The notes beneath the pieces are model-generated. The model saw only the letters and a program-made list of their open reading frames with translations, was not told the DNA's origin and ran no database searches. The position numbers were made by a program, and so were the translations under genes. A stretch of 32,000 nt of DNA. Origin: Cereibacter sphaeroides 2.4.1. GTDB taxonomy: Bacteria; Pseudomonadota; Alphaproteobacteria; Rhodobacterales; Rhodobacteraceae. This document shows, piece by piece, positions 26,052 to 32,000 of the stretch (position 1 is the first letter of the stretch; the number at the start of each line of letters is the position of its first letter). The stretch covers positions 960,001 to 992,000 of the forward strand of contig NC_007493.2 in NCBI RefSeq assembly GCF_000012905.2, in the 5' to 3' direction.

Positions 26052-27241
26052 GCGGATTCCTCGTCGGGCAAAGGCGAAACGGTTTCGCTTTTGCCGCCGG
26101 TCGTGATGTGGGGGTTTTCGAGCGTGTCGCCATCCGGGTGCGCCGGAAGGTTCAGGCCCGCGCGGACCTCGTTCGCGGTCATCGCGCTCATGGCGCGATA
26201 CTGCCCATAGGCGGTTGCGCGGGCGGCGTGGCTCGTGGTCAGCAGGTCGTCGGTGACAAACTCGGCCGTCAGCTCGCGGCGCTCGTCGGGGGTCAGCAGA
26301 CAGCGGGCATAGGCCCATTCCCATGCGCGCAGCCACGGGCGCAGCGTGAATTGCAGGAATTGCCGGTTCTGCTCTTCGAGGTTGCTCCACGTTCCGCGCG
26401 ACAGCTCGCCTAGCATCGTGACCGGAATCCTGAATGCGCGGGCAATCTCGCGGATCTGTTCAAGCCGATTCTCGGCAAACTGGCTGTCGGCGAGGGTCGC
26501 GGACAGGGCCTGATAGTCCATGCCTTCGTCAAGGATCGCCGTGCCGCCGGAGTTGCGCCCGGAGTGCGTGGTGAACCACGAGGCCGCGAGCTTCCGCTTC
26601 GCGTCCACGTCGAGGATCTTCGGGCTTTTGATGATGCCGGACGGGCGCCCGCCGTTGCGGAAGAGGCTGCCGATATGGTCCTCGAAGGCAATGGCGAGCG
26701 CGATGGCCTCGCGGCCCAGGCTGATCGGCGAGCCGCCGAAGGCGCGGACATGCAGCACGTCCGCGAAGCCGTAGCTCGCGGGGCCAGTGTTGGTCGCGAC
26801 GATGTAGAGGGGCGAGCCGTCCGGCGCGGCGTCGAGGCGCACGGCGGCCGGGTCCAGCCGGTGCAGCTCCAGCGGGCGGCCGTCGCTCGCGCGCACGACG
26901 AGGGCGAAGCCGCCATGATCGTTCAGAAGGGCGTCGGCCGTGAGCTGGGCGCGCAGCTCGGCGGCCGAGGTCCACGGGTTCGCCTCGTCATGGATCAGGC
27001 GATAGGCCGGATGATCGCGCCGCGTCAGCTTCCCGGCGTCGAAGATCTTCACCGGCAGCGCGCCGACCGTCTCGGCGATCAGGCCCACGGCGCAGGCCAC
27101 GGCCGGAACGCGCAAGGCCGCGCCCGTGGTGATGAAGGCGCCGGTCACGGTCGGCCGGGCGCCGAAGATCTCGAACGCCTCGGCTGAGGTCAGCGTGACC
27201 GCCGCCTTCTGCTCGGCCTTCGGCTTCCGACTGAAAAACAT
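26048..27241 (-). CDS. Phage portal protein, HK97 family
   Basis: 397 aa. AL.VPAV.ACV.LIAETVG.LP.K.F......R..HP.Y.L....NPW.S and ILDEGMDYQ are typical of HK97-type portals. Confidence 0.85.
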   Translation of the reverse strand: MFFSRKPKAEQKAAVTLTSAEAFEIFGARPTVTGAFITTGAALRVPAVACAVGLIAETVGALPVKIFDAGKLTRRDHPAYRLIHDEANPWTSAAELRAQLTADALLNDHGGFALVVRASDGRPLELHRLDPAAVRLDAAPDGSPLYIVATNTGPASYGFADVLHVRAFGGSPISLGREAIALAIAFEDHIGSLFRNGGRPSGIIKSPKILDVDAKRKLAASWFTTHSGRNSGGTAILDEGMDYQALSATLADSQFAENRLEQIREIARAFRIPVTMLGELSRGTWSNLEEQNRQFLQFTLRPWLRAWEWAYARCLLTPDERRELTAEFVTDDLLTTSHAARATAYGQYRAMSAMTANEVRAGLNLPAHPDGDTLENPHITTGGKSETVSPLPDEESA

Positions 27242-27314
27242 GAGACGCGGTGCATTCCATCAAATTTATCTTGACAGAAGAATCTCACACCGCGAGTCGG
27301 GGATCAAGCAAATT

Positions 27315-27327
27315 GTTATGTTATAAC
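27315..27327. promoter_or_regulatory. AT-rich GTTAT-repeat motif copy 3 (GTTATGTTATAAC)
   Basis: It overlaps the integrase stop codon and lies 74-86 nt upstream of the portal start. It is the reverse complement of 21613-21625. Confidence 0.35.
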
Positions 27328-29133
27328 ATTAGCGAGGTGGTCCAAGTTCAGGCCGGGATACTGAATAGCTTCGATCAGCTTCACCCGTTGCTCAAGCATC
27401 CCCTGAGGCATGATCCCGTAGCGCCCGGTCATGCTGCCTTCGGTGTGGCCGAGGATGAAGCCGAACTCATTATCTAGGTAGCCAGCCCGGCGCAGCGCGT
27501 CGGCAGCACCGTGACGGAACGAGTAGAGGGACAATCCGCGACCTGACTTCAAACCGATGCGCGCGAGATACTTCCCGAACTCGCGGGAAAACTCGCTCAT
27601 CATCTGCCCGCGCTCGTTCCTCTTGGCGCCGGGGAAAAGTCGCTTGTCGCCAGCTTCAACGCGCTGCGAATGATAAGCGAGAAAGCCCAGGCGGATCAGC
27701 TCGGAGTGAACCGGGATCACGCGCATTGATCCAGCCGTCTTGACCTGTTTTCCTTCCTCGTGTGTCTCGCCCTCGGTCGTAATGTGAAAGATCCAGCGGC
27801 CGTGTTCCTGTCGAAGGTCGCTGGTCGCAAGTTGCGCAATCTCACCGGGGCGGGCGCCGGAATAGAGCATGATCAGCGGCACCCAGTAGCGATGATCGCG
27901 GATCAGGACCGGGCCGGGCTTCGAAATGTAGCGCCATGCTGCCTCGCTTTCGCACCCTGCGAACAGAGGTGAGCGGAAGAGGGTGTTCATCTGGTCGCTT
28001 GTGAAGGGCAGGGTCTTCGAGCCGCGTTCCTTTGGCAGCGCCATGCCCGAACAGGGATTGCTCGCGATGTAGCCGTTTGCCTCGGCCCACGAGCAGAACG
28101 CCGAGAGACTGGACAGGTAGCGGTTGACGGTGCGGTCTGACAGGACCGGCCGCTTCGCCTGCTCATTCGCTTCAACAATCTGCCGGATTGTCATTCCGCG
28201 AAACTCGGCGACCTCGGTTGCGCGCAGGGGATACTTGATCAGAAGCGCCTTCCACTCGCGGACGTGCTTCTTCGTGAGCTTGGACACGGGAAACGAGGGA
28301 CCGACCGTCTCCATGAAAACGCCGATGTCGCGACATGCTTCCTCGATCCTGCCCTTGGACACATTCCGGGGGTTCTCGGTTCGGAAGGCTTCGACGGCCT
28401 CGGCGATGCTCTCGCCCGGCGGCGCAACTTCCATCTCGGCGCGCTTCTCTGCGGTAGGGGGCTTCACCAGCGGGTCGCGTGGCTGGCCGGTGTAGTCGCC
28501 CCGGTCCCGCTCAAGCGTGCGTTCGAGGGCTTCGGCCTCGGCCCGCATCATGCGCCTCGCTAAGCTGATCCAGTCAGGAGTTCCACGTTCCACCAGAAGC
28601 CGGTTGCGGTTCAGGTAGTCGTCAACCTCGTGAGAGATCAATGCCGTCTCGCCCTTCACCAAATGCTCGCGCAGGTCGGCCAGCTTCGCCTTGCGAGTAT
28701 CCGAGGCGAGGGCAGGGGCCTGTTGCTTCACTTGTAGCTCAAGAGTCGCGTCGAGGATCGCCAGCGGCTCGGCGCTGGTAATCTCTCCACGGTCGGCGCG
28801 CCGGATCACGTCAGCCTCGGCGGCTGCAATCTCCGCCTCGCCCGGCAGCGTTGCCCGCTCGGCCTCGTCGCGGGTGAGGGCGGCCGTGTAGTGGTCCCAG
28901 ACTGCATGTTCGCGGTCAGCAGCGACAAGCGACCGTCTCGCGCGCAGGTCGTCAAACTCGCGCTGCCATGCGTCAAGCTGGGGGTAGAGGCGCCGCTTCG
29001 CCTCGGTTTCATCCTTCGTTCCGAGGGCCTTCACCAGCTCCTTCTTGCCCACGATGGCGATCAGGTCGAGGGGAACGCGGGTCCGGGCGTAGTAGGCGGC
29101 ACCCCGCCGCAAAAGATGACTAAGACGTGCCAT
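27316..29133 (-). CDS. Tyrosine-type site-specific integrase (long N-terminal extension)
   Basis: Catalytic-domain landmarks are LYSGARPGEIAQL (Arg), LYSFRHGAADAL (H-x-x-R), ILGH and MTGRYG (Tyr). The N-terminus LLRRGAAYYARTRVPLDL is typical of the DUF6538-type integrase N-domain. Confidence 0.9.
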   Translation of the reverse strand: MARLSHLLRRGAAYYARTRVPLDLIAIVGKKELVKALGTKDETEAKRRLYPQLDAWQREFDDLRARRSLVAADREHAVWDHYTAALTRDEAERATLPGEAEIAAAEADVIRRADRGEITSAEPLAILDATLELQVKQQAPALASDTRKAKLADLREHLVKGETALISHEVDDYLNRNRLLVERGTPDWISLARRMMRAEAEALERTLERDRGDYTGQPRDPLVKPPTAEKRAEMEVAPPGESIAEAVEAFRTENPRNVSKGRIEEACRDIGVFMETVGPSFPVSKLTKKHVREWKALLIKYPLRATEVAEFRGMTIRQIVEANEQAKRPVLSDRTVNRYLSSLSAFCSWAEANGYIASNPCSGMALPKERGSKTLPFTSDQMNTLFRSPLFAGCESEAAWRYISKPGPVLIRDHRYWVPLIMLYSGARPGEIAQLATSDLRQEHGRWIFHITTEGETHEEGKQVKTAGSMRVIPVHSELIRLGFLAYHSQRVEAGDKRLFPGAKRNERGQMMSEFSREFGKYLARIGLKSGRGLSLYSFRHGAADALRRAGYLDNEFGFILGHTEGSMTGRYGIMPQGMLEQRVKLIEAIQYPGLNLDHLANVIT

Positions 29134-29156
29134 GATTGCCCCATGTGGACTAGCCG

Positions 29157-29184
29157 TGTGTTACAGTCATGTGTTACAGTTTTG
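29157..29184 (+). promoter_or_regulatory. Two tandem putative integrase arm-type sites (attR side), just upstream of int
   Basis: TGTGTTACAGT occurs at 29157-29167 and 29170-29180. The second copy extends to the 17-bp match with 12896-12912. Both lie 24-50 nt upstream of the int start codon. Confidence 0.5.
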
Positions 29185-29252
29185 GATCTGATAGGCAATT
29201 AAAATCAGTTACTTGGTGAATTTCATGGGGTTGGAGAAAAACCGGGTTATGT

Positions 29253-29270
29253 TCCCTCCACTCCGACCAT
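29253..29270. repeat. attR core
   Basis: TCCCTCCACTCCGACCAT. The preceding element-side bases (GGGTTatgt) retain partial similarity to the tRNA T-arm (GGGTTcgaa). Confidence 0.85.
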
Positions 29271-29342
29271 CCCCGATCCTTCAGGCCGGCACTGACCCGC
29301 GCCCGGCAGAGGTTTCTCTGACACCTCCGAGGGTTGACATAC

Positions 29343-29354
29343 TGGTCATAACCA
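29343..29354. promoter_or_regulatory. GntR-type palindromic operator TGGTcataACCA overlapping a TTGACA promoter
   Basis: TTGACA at 29334-29339 and ATAATC at 29355-29360. The palindrome lies between them, upstream of the GntR gene. Confidence 0.45.
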
Positions 29355-29482
29355 ATAATCGTGCCGGATCATCCTGATCGGCTGCGGGATGGATCCGCAG
29401 CCAGAGGCGAGGGGGCGAAATCCGGCGATTGGCTCAGGGACAGCACAGCACCGTTCAGCGCCGCGGGCGTCCGAGCTATGAC

Positions 29483-30265
29483 ATGGAGGACGGCGACAGC
29501 GCCGAGGCCTTCCGCGCCTTCGCTGCGGGCGTCGCCCTTCAGCGCGAGGATCCAAGCCCGCTCTGGGTGCAGCTGAAGAACCGGATCGAGCACGCCATCC
29601 TCGACGGAACCCTCCCCGAGAACGCGCGCCTGCCCTCCGAACAGGCCATGTGCAGCATGTTCGACCTGTCGCGCCCGGTGATCCGCAATGCGCTGCAGGC
29701 GCTCGCGGGCGAGGGGCGGGTCATCAAGCAGCCGAGAAAGGGCATGTTCGTGGCTCCGCGCGCGCCCGAGCTTGCCTTCATGACCTCGGCGCTCGGCGTC
29801 TTCGACGATCTCTCGGCCAAGGGCTACAAGGTCACGGTCAAGACCTACGAATTCGGCCTGCATCCGGCCAACGAGGACGAACGGCGCGTCTTCAAGCTGC
29901 CCGAGGGATTTCAGGTGATCCGGGCGCTGCGCGTCTATCACGCGAACGAGACGCCGCTGACCCATACGCTGATCTCGCTGCCCGCACACCGGCTGCCGGG
30001 CTTCGAGAAGCTCGATATGGAAGGGCGCTCGATCTTCGGCACGATCCGCGAGCTCTACGGGCTGACGGTCGCGCGGGCGGATCGATGGCTGAAGGGCGCC
30101 ATCGTTCCGCCGGAAGTGGCGGCGCGGATGGGCGTGCCGCCCGGCGGCGCCATGATCGCCATCGAGTCGGTCGCCTACGACCACGACGGCAATGCGCTCG
30201 AATATTACCGCGCCTACTACAACAGCGAAGTCGCCCCGATCCACGTCGCAACCGACGCCCATTAA
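29483..30265 (+). CDS. GntR-family transcriptional regulator with UTRA effector domain (HutC/PhnF subfamily)
   Basis: The winged-helix part is LPSEQAMCSMFDLSRPVIRNALQALAGEGRVIKQPRKGMFVA, and the C-terminal region is UTRA-like. The start is uncertain between ATG at 29483 and TTG at 29429. Confidence 0.8.
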   Translation: MEDGDSAEAFRAFAAGVALQREDPSPLWVQLKNRIEHAILDGTLPENARLPSEQAMCSMFDLSRPVIRNALQALAGEGRVIKQPRKGMFVAPRAPELAFMTSALGVFDDLSAKGYKVTVKTYEFGLHPANEDERRVFKLPEGFQVIRALRVYHANETPLTHTLISLPAHRLPGFEKLDMEGRSIFGTIRELYGLTVARADRWLKGAIVPPEVAARMGVPPGGAMIAIESVAYDHDGNALEYYRAYYNSEVAPIHVATDAH

Positions 30266-30358
30266 GCGCCTGTCGTCACAGCGAAAAACCTCCAGCGGCC
30301 CCGATCTTCGATTTCTGATCATTACCACATTGACAGAAGCAGATTTGCCTCCTACCTT

Positions 30359-30378
30359 TTTCTGGTAACGACCAGAAA
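30359..30378. promoter_or_regulatory. Palindromic operator TTTCTGGT-aacg-ACCAGAAA downstream of a TTGACA-N17-TACCTT promoter
   Basis: Perfect 8-bp inverted repeat with a GGT-N4-ACC core. TTGACA lies at 30330-30335. The site is upstream of the SDR gene. Confidence 0.5.
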
Positions 30379-30458
30379 CCGCACGTCGGGCGCTGGGAAG
30401 GACGCGGCCGAGCCTCGGGAGGAACCTTCGGGTCCGGGCTCCGCGTCAGGGAGGAAGA

Positions 30459-31223
30459 ATGGACTACAGGACGGTTTTTCGTCTCGATGGCGCCTGCGCG
30501 GCCGTCACCGGAGCGGGCAGCGGCATCGGCCTCGAAATCTGCCGGGCCTTCGCAGCCTCGGGCGCGCGGCTCATCCTGATCGACCGCGAGGGCGCGGCCC
30601 TCGACCGGGCAGCTGAAGAGCTCGGCGCGGCGGTGGCTTCGCGGATCGTGGCCGATGTGACGGATGCGGAGGCGATGACCGCCGCGGCCGCCGCGGCGGA
30701 AGCCGTGGCGCCGGTGTCGATCCTCGTCAATTCCGCGGGCATTGCCCGCCTCCACGATGCGCTCGAGACCGACGACGCCACCTGGCGGCAGGTGATGGCG
30801 GTCAATGTGGACGGCATGTTCTGGGCCAGCCGCGCCTTCGGGCGCGCCATGGTCGCGCGCGGGGCAGGGGCCATCGTGAACCTCGGCTCCATGTCGGGCA
30901 CCATCGTCAACCGCCCGCAGTTCGCCTCGAGCTACATGGCCTCGAAGGGCGCGGTCCATCAGCTGACGCGGGCGCTCGCCGCCGAATGGGCGGGCCGGGG
31001 CGTGCGGGTGAATGCGCTGGCGCCGGGCTATGTGGCGACCGAGATGACGCTGAAGATGCGCGAGCGGCCCGAGCTCTTCGGAACATGGCTCGACATGACG
31101 CCGATGGGCCGCTGCGGCGAGCCGTCGGAGATTGCGGCGGCGGCGCTGTTCCTTGCCTCGCCGGCGGCGAGCTATGTCACGGGCGCGATCCTCGCGGTCG
31201 ATGGCGGTTACACGGTCTGGTGA
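30459..31223 (+). CDS. SDR-family oxidoreductase
   Basis: TGAGSGIG Rossmann motif, NSAG, and the S...YxxxK catalytic set (GSMSG...YMASKGAV). Confidence 0.85.
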   Translation: MDYRTVFRLDGACAAVTGAGSGIGLEICRAFAASGARLILIDREGAALDRAAEELGAAVASRIVADVTDAEAMTAAAAAAEAVAPVSILVNSAGIARLHDALETDDATWRQVMAVNVDGMFWASRAFGRAMVARGAGAIVNLGSMSGTIVNRPQFASSYMASKGAVHQLTRALAAEWAGRGVRVNALAPGYVATEMTLKMRERPELFGTWLDMTPMGRCGEPSEIAAAALFLASPAASYVTGAILAVDGGYTVW

Positions 31224-31227
31224 GGCG

Positions 31228-31884
31228 ATGAACGAGATGAGCGATCTGTCCGACCTCGCCAAGCGCGAAGAGATCATCCGCCAGTGTCTCGAGATGAACC
31301 GCTCGGGCCTCAATCAGGGCACCTCGGGCAACATCTCTGTGCGCCATGGCGAGGGGATGCTGATCACCCCCACGTCGCTGCCCTACGACACGCTGGTGCC
31401 CGAGGACATCGTCTTCGTCTCGATGGAGGGCGAGGTGCGGGGCCGGCACAAGCCGTCGAGCGAATGGCGCTTTCACCGCGACATCCTGCGCGAGCGGGCG
31501 GACGTGAATGCGGTGGTGCATGCGCATCCGACCTACTGCACCACGCTCGCCATCATGAACCGCGAGATCCCCTCGATCCACTACATGCTGGCGGTGGTGG
31601 GCGGCCCGAACATCCGCTGCGCGCCCTACGCGATCTACGGTTCGGAGGAGCTGTCGCGGAACGCGGTCGAGGCGCTGCACGACCGCAAGGCGTGCCTTCT
31701 CGAACATCACGGCATGATCGCCGTGGGCAAGAGCCTCGCGCAGGCCATGTGGCTCGCCGTCGAGGTCGAGACGCTGGCCCGGCAGTATCACGGCTGCCTT
31801 CAGATCGGCGAGCCGCGGCTGCTGAGCGAGCGGCAGATCCAGGACGTGATCGACAAGATCGCCGGCTACGGCCACCAGGGCTGA
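31228..31884 (+). CDS. Class II aldolase/adducin-family protein (L-fuculose-phosphate-aldolase-like)
   Basis: ATG at 31228. GTSGNISVR, the VVHAHPTYCT metal-binding histidines and LLEHHGMIAVG are all present. Confidence 0.8.
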   Translation: MNEMSDLSDLAKREEIIRQCLEMNRSGLNQGTSGNISVRHGEGMLITPTSLPYDTLVPEDIVFVSMEGEVRGRHKPSSEWRFHRDILRERADVNAVVHAHPTYCTTLAIMNREIPSIHYMLAVVGGPNIRCAPYAIYGSEELSRNAVEALHDRKACLLEHHGMIAVGKSLAQAMWLAVEVETLARQYHGCLQIGEPRLLSERQIQDVIDKIAGYGHQG

Positions 31885-31949
31885 GCGGCAGAAGGACCCC
31901 GCAAGGGACAAGGCCGGCGGAGGAGCCGGTTGCATAGGGAGGAAGAGAC

Positions 31950-32000
31950 ATGACGACCAAGACCGCGAAGGGCCTGACGATTGCGCTTCTGCTGCTCGCG
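31950..32000 (+). CDS. Start of a secreted/periplasmic protein (3' truncated by window)
   Basis: GGGAGGAAG RBS, then ATG at 31950. MTTKTAKGLTIALLLLA looks like a signal peptide. Only 17 codons are visible. Confidence 0.4.
   Translation, partial: MTTKTAKGLTIALLLLA

Larger units (their letters stand above)
12830..29270. mobile_element. Integrated phage-like element (~16.4 kb) in the 3' end of tRNA-Pro; defective prophage or capsid-forming satellite
   Basis: An 18-bp perfect direct repeat, TCCCTCCACTCCGACCAT, occurs at 12830-12847 and 29253-29270. A tyrosine integrase lies at the attR end and phage structural and packaging genes lie between. An AT-rich junction follows immediately after the tRNA. 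Confidence 0.85.

Noticed and set aside
25735-26133. A 133-codon N-terminal extension of the protease-MCP ORF (the track gives 24199..26133, 644 aa).
   Set aside because: The extension is Arg/Pro/Gly-rich junk typical of off-frame high-GC sequence. It fully overlaps the better 106-aa gene (25731-26051) in another frame. The protease family starts at MSDRIEIKA with an ATGA coupling.
16131-27241. Interpretation as a Rhodobacterales-type gene transfer agent (GTA) cluster, because of g10-like, DUF3168 and HK97-type head genes and the small total size.
   Set aside because: The region is flanked by att repeats in a tRNA and has its own integrase and HNH. Its gene order is unlike the conserved GTA order, and it lacks the GTA tail, hub and megatron genes. 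It is better described as an integrated mobile element.
27270-27282. TTGACAGAAG on the + strand between portal and int, identical to the 10-mer at the SDR promoter (30330-30339).
   Set aside because: No acceptable -10 box follows at 16-18 bp, and it would only drive antisense transcription into the int 3' end. It is most likely a coincidental 10-mer.

Overview
High-GC alphaproteobacterial chromosome segment; the proteins and codon usage look Rhodobacteraceae-like, which is an inference. It has three parts. (1) Positions 1-12.8 kb hold ordinary housekeeping genes: nadE (5' partial), a PfkB-family kinase, wrbA, an M48 lipoprotein peptidase, a PRC-barrel protein, rimO, an aminotransferase, gpt, a LysE exporter, fabI, pdxH, a two-domain cold-shock protein and a DUF192 protein. 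One lower-GC orphan ORF sits directly behind rimO. (2) tRNA-Pro(UGG) at 12770-12846 is the integration site of a ~16.4 kb phage-like element (12830-29270). The element is bounded by an 18-bp direct repeat equal to the tRNA 3' end and has a tyrosine integrase at the far end with repeated arm-type sites inside both ends. It carries portal, a fused prohead protease-major capsid gene, HNH, TerS, TerL, four head-tail connector genes, two tail-assembly-chaperone-like genes and a tape-measure gene, in a non-canonical order. I can recognise no tail tube, baseplate, lysis or replication genes. Every element gene is on the minus strand except one visibly AT-rich 490-aa ORF (21793-23265, + strand) wedged between HNH and the neck genes. 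Its C-terminus has an E...D...ExK restriction-endonuclease-like signature, and I consider it the best candidate for an undescribed defence or conflict gene. The element also has a ~700-bp non-coding region containing two 100-bp palindromic repeat units built on a TGTCAGGGGACA motif. This region is bracketed by a + strand promoter-like sequence and a + strand terminator. (3) Positions 29.3-32 kb hold a GntR/UTRA regulator with palindromic GGT-N4-ACC operators, an SDR oxidoreductase, a class II aldolase and the start of a secreted protein. All functional calls come from reading the translated ORFs and motifs by eye; no database search was run.
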